Assembly (NCBI GenBank): GCA_963818785.1
Contig: CAWFTT010000009.1
Coordinates: 104,469 to 168,468, forward strand
Source of the DNA: an uncultured Actinomycetota bacterium
Lineage (GTDB): Bacteria; Actinomycetota; Actinomycetes; Mycobacteriales; Mycobacteriaceae
Direction: 5' to 3'
DNA: 64,000 nt
Under the pieces are notes generated by a model. The model did no database searches. It saw only the letters and a list, made by a program, of their open reading frames with translations, and was not told where the DNA came from. Shown here piece after piece: positions 1 through 9,001 of this stretch. The first letter of the stretch is position 1, and every line of letters starts with the position of its first letter. A program made the position numbers and the translations under genes.

Positions 1-1859
1 CTGGCCTGCCGGGCGGCCGGCAGCGCCGACAGGATCCGCACCGCCGCAGCGAGGTCGGTGCCGGTGATGATGTCCGCCGTCCAGGGTGTCGCGGCCTGCG
101 GATCGTCCAGCGCCACGCCGACGTCGGCCACCGCCAGCGCAGCCAGGGTATCCGTCGAGGCGAAGTCCCGATGCAGTGCGGTGATCAGCAGCACCGGTCC
201 GCGATCTGAACGCAGCTCACGCACCAGCTTGAGCAGCGGTGTCCCGGCTGCATGCGCCGCCCCGACGCTGGCGGCAAGATCATCGGTGCCGGCGACGTGC
301 CGCAGCACCACCCGGACCCCGGTCCGGTGCGCGGTCTGCAGCAGCGGGACCGCGTAGGGGTCGACCTCCCAAGCCACATCGACGCTGCCCACCTGCTCTC
401 CGTCGACCAGCAGGTCGGCACGTTCGAGGCCCTGCGCCGGCGCAGCCGACGGTGCCGCGCGGACCCAGCGCAGCCGGGCCCCCGTCGCCGGCAACTCGTC
501 CGGGTCGGGCTCGGGTGCCTGCTCGCCATGCAGTAACGCGTCGGCGACCTCGTACACCCGGTCGTCGTCCCAGCCAGGTAATTCTCCGCGCGCATGCAAC
601 ACGGCGCGGGCGTCGCCCCGCAGCGCGGCTCCGTCGATGACGACGACTTTGATGCGGTCCAGCCGGCGCAGCGCACCCGGGTCGAGGACCAGTTGCCCGG
701 CGTTGGCCAGCCCGCGTCCCAGCACCGCGGCGAAGGTCTGCCGGCCCATCGTCGCTGCTTTGGGCGCCGCCGCCAGCACCGCGCCGGCGGCCTCCTCGGC
801 GCCTCCCCCACCGAGCAGGGCGCCGGCCGCGGCGACCAACGCGCCGTTGGCGGCCTGATCCACGTACTCCTCGACCGGGCCGGCGCTAGCGCCCTTTGCG
901 GTGTCGATGGCGGCGTCGACGGCTCCGTCGACCACCACATGCGACGCCTCGCCGGCGGCTGCCGCCTTCGCGCCGGCCGACGAGATCACCGGGACGACCG
1001 GAGCCTGCGGTCGCGTGGGAGTTGCCAACTCACGTTCCCGCCGCCGCCACACTTCGCGATGCGCCGACGCCTCGGAGAGCTGAAGGCCGCGTTGTGCGAG
1101 GTCGAGCAGCGGCGTACTGGCGACTTGCGTCAGCCCGTTGGTGATCGCCATCGAAGCGGCCAACGTCAGGTCGGTGCCCACCCGACCCAGCCGAGACTCC
1201 AGCATTGACACCAGCCGCGGCTGATTGCTGAGCAGTGACGATGCGGCCCGGGCGGCTTTGGGTCCGGCGGGCAGTCGGCCGAACCAGCCGGTGACGGCAG
1301 CGCCGACCGCCAGAACGTCCATTGCCGCTGCGGTCAGCGGCACCGCCAGCGCCAGCGGATTCCCCGGGTCGGCGAACGGCGCGGCGCGGGGCGCGGCTTC
1401 CAACCCTGTCGAGGACACCTCGTCGGCAACCGCCGCGACCGCGGCCCGGACCTCGTCGAGGACGTGGTCGTCGTCGGCGTGCTCGTCCAGCTGAATGACC
1501 AGCCGGCCCAACGCCCCTTCGACGTGCGCGCTGGTTACACCAGAAATTTGACGGACCGGCTCTTCGAGTTGCGTCGCGTGCTGGTGCCAGCGGGGAAATG
1601 GCAGCAGCGAGTCGAGGTCCAGATGCACCCGCTGACCGCTTTGCCACCGCACCGGCGGAAGCACGTGTGCCGCGGAGCCGTCACCGGTGTTCCTGCCCAG
1701 CATCCGCCCGGTCGCCTGGCCTACCGACCGGGTCACCGGGTCGACCAGCGTTTGCATCGCGCCGGCGGCGTCTGCAGCACCGTGCACCCCGACGCGCAAC
1801 GCCTGCACCGCCTGGCCGGTCAGTCCGCGGAAAACACCGTTCACACCCGGCACGTTCAT
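1..1859 (-). CDS. ctpI: P-type cation-transporting ATPase CtpI-like, N-terminal part (runs off the window)
   Basis: Manual translation from ATG 1859: MNVPGVNGVF...PPVRWQSGQRVHLDLDSLLPFPRWHQHATQLEEPVRQISGVTSAHVEGALGRLVI, matching the recalled CtpI (Rv0107c) N-terminus. Absent from the ORF track, consistent with no in-frame stop before the window edge. Confidence 0.85.
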   Translation of the reverse strand, partial: MNVPGVNGVFRGLTGQAVQALRVGVHGAADAAGAMQTLVDPVTRSVGQATGRMLGRNTGDGSAAHVLPPVRWQSGQRVHLDLDSLLPFPRWHQHATQLEEPVRQISGVTSAHVEGALGRLVIQLDEHADDDHVLDEVRAAVAAVADEVSSTGLEAAPRAAPFADPGNPLALAVPLTAAAMDVLAVGAAVTGWFGRLPAGPKAARAASSLLSNQPRLVSMLESRLGRVGTDLTLAASMAITNGLTQVASTPLLDLAQRGLQLSEASAHREVWRRRERELATPTRPQAPVVPVISSAGAKAAAAGEASHVVVDGAVDAAIDTAKGASAGPVEEYVDQAANGALVAAAGALLGGGGAEEAAGAVLAAAPKAATMGRQTFAAVLGRGLANAGQLVLDPGALRRLDRIKVVVIDGAALRGDARAVLHARGELPGWDDDRVYEVADALLHGEQAPEPDPDELPATGARLRWVRAAPSAAPAQGLERADLLVDGEQVGSVDVAWEVDPYAVPLLQTAHRTGVRVVLRHVAGTDDLAASVGAAHAAGTPLLKLVRELRSDRGPVLLITALHRDFASTDTLAALAVADVGVALDDPQAATPWTADIITGTDLAAAVRILSALPAARQA

Positions 1860-1979
1860 TCTGATCAACCCTTCAACCAGGTCGTTACGCCAGCGCCAAC
1901 CGACGGCGTGTTCCACCTTCTATAGATAGTCCTTACTAGCCTCGCACGGATTGACGTGGGCCTGCGCCGTCGAGGGCGC

Positions 1980-2543
1980 TCAGTGGTGTGCTCGCCGAGC
2001 CAGGGTGGCGCCCAGACCGGACACGATCTCCCTCGGGCGTTGCTGTTCGCCTTGCTGAGCACCCAGCACCAGGATCGCGCCGGTGAGGACCGGCAGCGCC
2101 CACTGCAGGTACTTCAGCTGCTGTTGGGCAGTGGCGACGTCCGGGGGCGTCTGCGGAGCCGGCTCGGTCGCTCCTTGCGCGGTCTTCTCGTTACTCTGCG
2201 CGATCTTGCCGCCCAGCGCCCCGCTCCAAGCGGTCGCTCCGAGGGCCGCCCCGGTGACGGCAAGTTTGGTCACGGTGTTCGCCCGGACGCCGGTCTGATA
2301 CTTCGCCCGACCACGGTTCGCCAACAGGATCCCGGCGCCGCCGACGAGGTGAGCGCCGATCGCAGCGGCGTTGACCGGGCTCCACTTCGCCCAGCCCGCG
2401 GACGCAACCCGGCCCCGGTCTTGCGGCTCGCGAACCGCAGCGGCGGCGCCGTTCAGCCCCACCGCGCCCATCAGGGAACCGCCGAACCACGCCGCGGCGC
2501 CGAGGTCATGAAGTGAACGAATGATGGTGTTACGTGCAGACAT
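1980..2543 (-). CDS. Conserved actinobacterial membrane protein, function unknown
   Basis: MSARNTIIRSLHDLGAAAWFGGSLMG...; several hydrophobic segments; AAGGGAG SD upstream of ATG 2543. Confidence 0.7.
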   Translation of the reverse strand: MSARNTIIRSLHDLGAAAWFGGSLMGAVGLNGAAAAVREPQDRGRVASAGWAKWSPVNAAAIGAHLVGGAGILLANRGRAKYQTGVRANTVTKLAVTGAALGATAWSGALGGKIAQSNEKTAQGATEPAPQTPPDVATAQQQLKYLQWALPVLTGAILVLGAQQGEQQRPREIVSGLGATLARRAHH

Positions 2544-2767
2544 GAAAGATCTCCCTTGATTCGGGCACACGTGGTATCAACCGAGCAAAGCTGCCGAAGA
2601 CGATCACGAGGCTTGCTGAGTAACGAATCGGCCTTGTAACCGACGCTACGACGCACAGGTTCACCAGTTTCAGGTGATTGAAACCTTCCACCAGCGCGGG
2701 CCGGAAAACCTCGCGCCCGGCCATCCAGCCGACGTTTGAAGCCGGAATTGTTCTGAAACAACGGCTT

Positions 2768-3145
2768 TCACAGATGTGGCCCCAGGAACGCGGCGGTGTC
2801 GTAATAGGTCCGGAAAGAGTCGATGGAGTCTCCGCTGGCCTCCAGCACACTGACGCCCTCGTAGCTGAATTCGGTTCCGTTGCGCAGCGTGCCCGCCGAC
2901 GTCCACTCCAGAAAGGCGATTCCGTCACTGCGCGCGACGTGTTGGAATTCCGAATCGATGCTGCCGAAGACGTCGCGGTACTGAAGCCAGAATTGACGTG
3001 CACCTTCCTTGCCACGCTCCTCGTGTGGCATACCGAGCTTGCGCAATGTCGCGTCCTCCGCGAAGAGCCCGACGAGCGGATCGACGTCCCGAGTGCTGTG
3101 CAAATCGCCCAACGCGGCAACGAAACGGTCAACGATGTCAGCCAT
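2768..3145 (-). CDS. SnoaL/NTF2-like protein
   Basis: MADIVDRFVAAL...LFAEDA...G..G.RQFW...FRTYYDTAAF pattern; start set at ATG 3145 just downstream of a SigF-type promoter. Confidence 0.8.
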   Translation of the reverse strand: MADIVDRFVAALGDLHSTRDVDPLVGLFAEDATLRKLGMPHEERGKEGARQFWLQYRDVFGSIDSEFQHVARSDGIAFLEWTSAGTLRNGTEFSYEGVSVLEASGDSIDSFRTYYDTAAFLGPHL

Positions 3146-3153
3146 GCCGGCGG

Positions 3154-3180
3154 ATACCCCCAACGGATGAGCCGCTAACC
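3154..3180 (-). promoter_or_regulatory. SigF-type promoter GGTTA-N16-GGGTAT
   Basis: Read on the minus strand; 8 nt upstream of ATG 3145. Confidence 0.6.
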
Positions 3181-3365
3181 CCGACCCGTCCGGTGGTCTG
3201 CCACACTCGAGCTGCGGACAGCTTGGCTTCGAAAGGACGGCGCCTGACCACGATGGAGCACTTGCGGTCGGTGTTCGTGCCCAACGTGCGGCCGGCCTCC
3301 CTTTCGCGCTCGTGCGTGCGGCTGGCCGCACCCACGGCCAGAAGCGCAGGTACGGCTGGACCGGT

Positions 3366-4235
3366 ATGACCAACGCAGCGACTGGACAGACGCCGAGTTG
3401 TTACCGGCATCCCGACCGCTCAACTTATGTCAGCTGCACGCGCTGCGAGCGGTACATCTGCCCGGAGTGCATGCGGGACGCCACTGTCGGGCAGCAATGC
3501 GTGGACTGCGTTCGCGCTGACGGGAGGACGGCACCCCAGGCACGTACCCATTTCGGCGGGCGGTTGCGCTCCGGCTCACCAGCCGTCACCTACGTACTGA
3601 TCGCGATCAACGTCGCAGCGTTTCTGCTGCAATCCGCCTCGGTGGGACTGGAAAGCCACCTCACCCTCTGGCCGCCGGCGGTGGCCGACGGCCAGCTGTA
3701 CCGTCTGGCGACTTCAGCCTTCCTGCACTACGGCCTGACCCACTTACTGCTGAACATGTGGGCGCTTTATGTCGTGGGCCCGCCGCTGGAGATGTGGCTG
3801 GGCAGGTTGCGGTTCAGCGCGCTGTACGCGTTGAGCGCGCTCGGCGGCTCGGTGCTGGTGTATCTGCTCGCCGCGTTGGACTCCGCGACGGCGGGCGCGT
3901 CAGGCGCTGTATTCGGCTTGTTCGGTGCCACGTTGGTGGTACTGCGGCGGCTCCAACTGGACTACCGCTGGGTCGTCGTGGTGATCGTGGTCAATCTGGT
4001 GTTCACCCTCGCGGTACCGCTGATCAGTTCGCAGTCGATCAGCTGGCAGGCCCATGTGGGCGGACTGGTCACCGGGACGGTGATCGCCTTCGCGTACGTC
4101 AACGCCCCGCGGGACCGGCGCGACCTCGTCCAGGTTGCCGCGACCGGCGTCGCGCTGCTGTTGTTCGTGACGCTGATCTGGTGGCGTACCAGCGTTTTGC
4201 TGGTCGAGGCCGGTGGACATTTCGTTCTGCGCTGA
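3366..4235 (+). CDS. Rhomboid intramembrane serine protease with N-terminal Cys/His zinc finger (Rv0110-like)
   Basis: CYRHP..CTRC...CPEC...C..C; FLHY..HLLLNM; GASG catalytic Ser; AHVGG catalytic His. Confidence 0.9.
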   Translation: MTNAATGQTPSCYRHPDRSTYVSCTRCERYICPECMRDATVGQQCVDCVRADGRTAPQARTHFGGRLRSGSPAVTYVLIAINVAAFLLQSASVGLESHLTLWPPAVADGQLYRLATSAFLHYGLTHLLLNMWALYVVGPPLEMWLGRLRFSALYALSALGGSVLVYLLAALDSATAGASGAVFGLFGATLVVLRRLQLDYRWVVVVIVVNLVFTLAVPLISSQSISWQAHVGGLVTGTVIAFAYVNAPRDRRDLVQVAATGVALLLFVTLIWWRTSVLLVEAGGHFVLR

Positions 4236-4310
4236 CGGCCGCGCGGGGCGGTCTACATTGATTCGCCTTCACCGTTGGCCGCAAACTCACCTGCCGGTTA
4301 ACTGGTCGTC

Positions 4311-4775
4311 GTGAGTTGGTGGACAGTCAGTACGGAGCGGACGCTGGCCGACGATGTGCCCGCGCCGCCGGCAGACGTGCGCGACTTCTACGTCGACCTG
4401 CGCAACATGAAACTCGTCCACCCGCTGGTCGTGTCCGTGCGCACGACGTCACGTCGCGACACGACAGACGGGTACATCGAGGACTACCGCGTCGGAGACC
4501 GAATTCCGTTGTGGAAGCTGACGGTCCCGATCAGCTACCGGGTGCGGTTGGCGGTTCCGGCCGACGGTGACGTCGTCACCTCAGCGCGTCAGTTTCCGCG
4601 GGTGCGGCTGCACGGGACGGTGTCTTTCGAAGCGGTCGGCGTCGGGACGCGGATCGTCGAGCGACTACGCATTTCGGCTCCGGCGCCACTGGCCGGGGTG
4701 ACAACGCGACAGGCGATCCGCGCGCACCGTGCCATGCTCGGCGCAATCCGCGGCCACTTCGACGCGGCGCCGTGA
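4311..4775 (+). CDS. SRPBCC/polyketide cyclase-like protein
   Basis: 154-aa ORF with VPAPPADVRDFYVDL...HPLVV...TRIVERLRI pattern. Confidence 0.65.
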   Translation: MSWWTVSTERTLADDVPAPPADVRDFYVDLRNMKLVHPLVVSVRTTSRRDTTDGYIEDYRVGDRIPLWKLTVPISYRVRLAVPADGDVVTSARQFPRVRLHGTVSFEAVGVGTRIVERLRISAPAPLAGVTTRQAIRAHRAMLGAIRGHFDAAP

Positions 4776-4884
4776 CGCTTGCGGGTGGTGGAATCGTATT
4801 CTTCGGTTACTGCATGCAACCAATAACGCCATAGCGAGCCGTTGAACGGTTACCGTCCTAGCAGGCGACGACGAGGAGCTCGGC

Positions 4885-5112
4885 ATGTTGCACGATCTGG
4901 TCCTAGCAGCTCAGGACAACCCACAAGCGGCCGGTTTCATCCTGCGCGGTGTCAAGGCGATCATCGTCGGCATCGGCAGCGTCATCGCGGCTATTGTGTC
5001 CGCGGTCATTGCAGCAACAAAGGGCCGCAACCCACTCGGCTGGGGCATCCTCGGCCTGTTCTTTTCCCTCTTGACTCTCATCGTCATCATCGTCATCCCC
5101 AGCAAGAAGTAG
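4885..5112 (+). CDS. Small membrane protein
   Basis: 75 aa with two hydrophobic stretches around KGRNPLGWGILGLFF; GAGGAG SD upstream. Confidence 0.6.
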   Translation: MLHDLVLAAQDNPQAAGFILRGVKAIIVGIGSVIAAIVSAVIAATKGRNPLGWGILGLFFSLLTLIVIIVIPSKK

Positions 5113-5166
5113 CTCTGCCGTCGGCACCGTAGCAGCGATGCGCATGACACCGACGCGCTGACAGCT

Positions 5167-5940
5167 TCACCGGGCCGTCCACTGCGAAGTGAGCGCGAAA
5201 TCCGACAGGTATTTCGTTGCGCTCCACCCGCCGTCGACGACGATGGTCTGGCCGTTGATGAAACTGCCGCCCGGCGAACACAGGAAGGCGACGACGGCAG
5301 CGACGTCGTCGACAGTGCCCAGCCGTTGATGCGGTGTCATTTCGACGTTGAGCCGTTGAAACCGTTCGTCGGCCAGGCGGTGCTCAGTCATCGGCGTCTG
5401 AATCACCCCGGGCGCCACGGCGTTGCACCGTATTCCCTGCGATCCGTACTGGCAGGCGATGTGGGTGGTCAGCGCCGTCAGCCCGCCTTTGGCGGCCGAG
5501 TAGGCGCCGCCGCGCAGACCACCCACCACAGCGAACGTCGATGTCACGTTGATGATCGCCGAGCCGGGCCGCAGATGTGGGATGACCTCGCGCGTGAGGC
5601 GAAACGGTGCCCGCAGCATCAAGTTCAGGAAGTGGTCCAAGGTTTCGTCGTCCGTCTCGTGCAGCGGCTTGGGACTGCCCACTCCAGCGTTGTTGACCAG
5701 CACGTCGATGTTGCCCCAGCGGTTGACCGCGGCGTCGACGATCCGACTGGGCGCGTCGTCGTCGGTCAGGTCGACGGCCGCGGTCGTGACCCGCTCGTGG
5801 TCACCGATGGCGTGGGCGAGGGCGTGCAGCCGGCTCTCGTCACGGCCGGTCGCGACAATGGCCATGCCCGTCTCGGCCAGCCGCGTGGCGCAACCGAAGC
5901 CGATGGCTCCGCTGGCGCCGGTCACAATCGCTACCTGCAT
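5167..5940 (-). CDS. SDR family oxidoreductase
   Basis: TGASGAIG, NNAG, YSAAK, NAVAPG. Confidence 0.92.
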   Translation of the reverse strand: MQVAIVTGASGAIGFGCATRLAETGMAIVATGRDESRLHALAHAIGDHERVTTAAVDLTDDDAPSRIVDAAVNRWGNIDVLVNNAGVGSPKPLHETDDETLDHFLNLMLRAPFRLTREVIPHLRPGSAIINVTSTFAVVGGLRGGAYSAAKGGLTALTTHIACQYGSQGIRCNAVAPGVIQTPMTEHRLADERFQRLNVEMTPHQRLGTVDDVAAVVAFLCSPGGSFINGQTIVVDGGWSATKYLSDFALTSQWTAR

Positions 5941-7526
5941 GTCGGGTCCGCCTTCACCAGCGTGGCTTTGATCTGATGTTTGAGCACCTTGCCTGCGTCG
6001 TTCTTCGGCAGCACATCCCAGATGACGACTTCCTCGGGCATCTTGAACTTCGCGACACCGCGGTCTCCGAGATAGTCGCGCAGCGCGGCGACATCAGGAC
6101 GGCAGCGTGCTCTCGGCACAATCACCGCGCACGCCCGTTCTCCGGTGCGGTCGTCAGGAACACCGACGATGGCCACCTCGGCTATGTCGGGATGCTCGGC
6201 GAGCAGATCCTCGATTTCCTTCGGCGAGATGTTCTCCCCGTTGCGGATGATGATGTCCTTGGCTCTCCCGGTGACGACCAGGTACTCGTCATCCACCCAC
6301 CGGCCCATATCGCCGGTACGGAAATAGCCTCGCGCATCGAAGGATTCCAGCTCGTCGTCAGGGTTCAGGTAACCGAGCAGCATCTGTGGTCCGCGGGCGC
6401 AGATTTCTCCGTCGGGTGCCGTGGAATCGCTCGAGACGAGTTTGATCTCCGCCGAGCCCGCCCGGCCGTCGGTGTCAGCGGCATGCTCGGCATCCCACGG
6501 TGAGCCGATGGTGGTGATCGGAACTTCGGTCGAGCCGTACACCCGGGTCACCACGGCGCTCTCGAAATAGGCTGCGGCGTTTCGCATCAACGACGGCGAC
6601 ACCGATGCGCCGCCGCAGACGAAGAACTTGAGGTCGGGCAGCCGGGTGCCGGCGCGCCGGGCGGCGGCCAGGATCTGCTCGAGGAACGGCTTAGCCCCGG
6701 CGATGTGAGTGCAGCGCTCGGACTGCATCAACTGCACCGCGTCGTCAGCGTTCCAGCGATCCATCAGCACGGCGGTCGTACCCAACAGCAGTGGACATTC
6801 GAAGGCATAGATCGAGCCGCCGATGTGAGCGATCGGGGAGGGCACCAGGAACCGGTCGCCGGGGTCTACCGACCAGTGTTCCCGCAGTTGACAGATCAGG
6901 GCGTGCATCGAATTATGGCTGTGCAGAACACCTTTGGGGTCACCGGTGGTGCCCGAGGTGTACAAGAGCATCCGCGCGGTATCCGGGTCCAGCGCCGGCA
7001 GGCTGATCCTTTCCTCCGGTGAGGTCAACAGCGACGGGAACGGTGTAAGTCGAAGGTCCGCGTCCGCGCCGCGCACCACCACGACCTCGAGCGGCCGGTC
7101 GAGCTGTGCGATCGCCCGCTCGGCCATGGACGCATACTCGTGCCCGCCGAACTGTGCGGGCACAAAGACCATCCGGCTGCCGGCATCACGGAGGATGTAT
7201 TGCAGTTCGCGATCGCGCAGCGACGGCAGGATGGGGTTGACCACCATGCCGGCCAACGTGGCCGCCAGGTAGATGACCGCGGCTTCATGCCAATTGGGCA
7301 ACATGAAGGACACCACACTGCCTGCCGGCATGCGCTTGGACATGGCAGCCGCCAGCGCTGTCGCGTGGTCGTGTAACTGCCGGCAGTCCAGGCGCACGGA
7401 GCCGTCGACGAGCACGGCGCGCGCGGGTGTCTTTTCGGCGGCACCACGCAACTCGTCGGCGAGGGTGGACTTCACCCACCAGCCGCGGGCGTAAGCGTCG
7501 GCGGCGCGTTCGGAGTCCCAGCGCAA
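5931..7526 (-). CDS. AMP-binding acyl-CoA ligase (cyclohexanecarboxylate-CoA ligase-like)
   Basis: YTSGTTGDPKG, YGSTE, FRTGD, GRAKDIIIRNGENI, LPKNDAGKVLK; overlaps the SDR start. Confidence 0.9.
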   Translation of the reverse strand: MRWDSERAADAYARGWWVKSTLADELRGAAEKTPARAVLVDGSVRLDCRQLHDHATALAAAMSKRMPAGSVVSFMLPNWHEAAVIYLAATLAGMVVNPILPSLRDRELQYILRDAGSRMVFVPAQFGGHEYASMAERAIAQLDRPLEVVVVRGADADLRLTPFPSLLTSPEERISLPALDPDTARMLLYTSGTTGDPKGVLHSHNSMHALICQLREHWSVDPGDRFLVPSPIAHIGGSIYAFECPLLLGTTAVLMDRWNADDAVQLMQSERCTHIAGAKPFLEQILAAARRAGTRLPDLKFFVCGGASVSPSLMRNAAAYFESAVVTRVYGSTEVPITTIGSPWDAEHAADTDGRAGSAEIKLVSSDSTAPDGEICARGPQMLLGYLNPDDELESFDARGYFRTGDMGRWVDDEYLVVTGRAKDIIIRNGENISPKEIEDLLAEHPDIAEVAIVGVPDDRTGERACAVIVPRARCRPDVAALRDYLGDRGVAKFKMPEEVVIWDVLPKNDAGKVLKHQIKATLVKADPTCR

Positions 7527-7669
7527 CGGAGTTCACCCCCGAACGCGTCGCATCGTCATCGCGTGGCGCAATCGCGACGCAGGGGCAGGTCACCGAAGCG
7601 GTGACTCTTGACGGGACAACGCCCCCGGCAAATCATGTTCTCGATTATGCATTCGACACGGTGCAGCGG

Positions 7670-7802
7670 CTGATCCATAAAGGCGTCGACTTCCCAGGCC
7701 GTCGGCGGCTACCAGCGCAGCGGTAACGGCCGGGAGTGGAGCGAGTTCGGCTTCGACGAGTACTTGGAGATCAAAGGGGTATTGGGTCACACACCCGAAT
7801 AG
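7670..7802 (+). pseudogene. 3' remnant of an aldehyde dehydrogenase gene
   Basis: 7704-7802 reads [32 protein letters not shown], the typical ALDH C-terminus; the rest of the gene is absent and the upstream frame is closed. Confidence 0.7.
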
Positions 7803-7843
7803 GCAACCCGACGGCTGTCTCCGCCTGCTGCAAAAGGACTGCG

Positions 7844-8827
7844 ATGTTCTCGGCGATCCTCATCGACCAGGGTGAAGCGGGCCAGTCGGCCGCGCTGACC
7901 AGCCTCGACGACGAACAGCTTCCGGACGGGAACGTCAGTATCGACGTGGAGTTCTCCACACTCAACTACAAAGACGGCCTCGCCATCACCGGCAGATCCC
8001 CGGTCGTCCGCATGTTCCCCATGGTGCCCGGCATCGACCTGGCCGGTGTCGTCACCGAAAGTTCGCATGCCAACTGGTCGAAGGGCGACTGGGTGGTGCT
8101 CAACGGTTGGGGTGCGGGCGAAACTCACTGGGGCGGCCTGGCGCAGCGGGCGCGGCTGAACGGTGATTGGCTGGTGCCGCTGCCCGACGCATTCAACTGC
8201 AGGCAGGCCATGGCGATCGGCACCGCGGGATACACCGCGAGTCTGTGCGTGAATGCCCTGCTGACCCACGGGGTGCGCCCCGAACAAGGTGAAGTGCTGG
8301 TGACGGGCGCGACGGGCGGCGTCGGCAGCATCGCGATCGTCCTGCTGGCCGCGGCCGGATTCACCGTCGTTGCGGCGACGGGACAGCGCTCCGAGGCCGC
8401 CTATCTCCATGACCTCGGCGCTGCCACGGTGCAAGATCGCGCCGAACTCGGTCAGGCCGGAAAGCCGCTGCAAAGGGAGCGTTGGGCCGGAGTCGTCGAC
8501 TCGGCGGGCAGCCACACACTGGTCAACGCGTGCGCTCAGACCCGCTACGGCGGTGCGGTCGCCGCCTGCGGACTGGCCCAGGGCATGGACTTTCCCGCGA
8601 CGGTAGCGCCGTTCATCCTGCGCGGTGTGTCGCTGCTGGGCGTCGACAGCGTCCGGGCGCCCATCGAGCGACGCCTCGCCGCTTGGGAACGGCTGTCTCG
8701 CGATCTGAACCCGGCCCACCTTGACGCGATCGCCCGGCAGATCCCGCTGTCGGAGGCGATCGTCGCTGCCGGCCAGCTTCTGGACGGGCAGGTTCGGGGC
8801 CGCATCGTCGTCGACGTCAACGGCTGA
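7844..8827 (+). CDS. MDR oxidoreductase, AcuI/YhdH (acryloyl-CoA reductase-like)
   Basis: [54 protein letters not shown]; AAGGA SD before ATG 7844. Confidence 0.88.
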   Translation: MFSAILIDQGEAGQSAALTSLDDEQLPDGNVSIDVEFSTLNYKDGLAITGRSPVVRMFPMVPGIDLAGVVTESSHANWSKGDWVVLNGWGAGETHWGGLAQRARLNGDWLVPLPDAFNCRQAMAIGTAGYTASLCVNALLTHGVRPEQGEVLVTGATGGVGSIAIVLLAAAGFTVVAATGQRSEAAYLHDLGAATVQDRAELGQAGKPLQRERWAGVVDSAGSHTLVNACAQTRYGGAVAACGLAQGMDFPATVAPFILRGVSLLGVDSVRAPIERRLAAWERLSRDLNPAHLDAIARQIPLSEAIVAAGQLLDGQVRGRIVVDVNG

Positions 8828-9001
8828 CCCGAAGTCGACTCCTGCCCGCCGTGTCGTCGGCTCGGCGAGCCTTTCCGCCTCTAAGCTTTGCCCTGATTCA
8901 ACCGAGAGGGATATCGACGTATCAGCGGCAACGGGAGCGTCGTTCGGCCAGCAGGTCAGGACGGGCAGCAAGCGATCAGCGAACCGGCCAAAATCACGCC
9001 C

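Noticed and set aside
3181-3365. Possible remnant of Rv0108c between the SnoaL gene and the rhomboid
   Set aside because: Only a few scattered residues match; not distinguishable from chance
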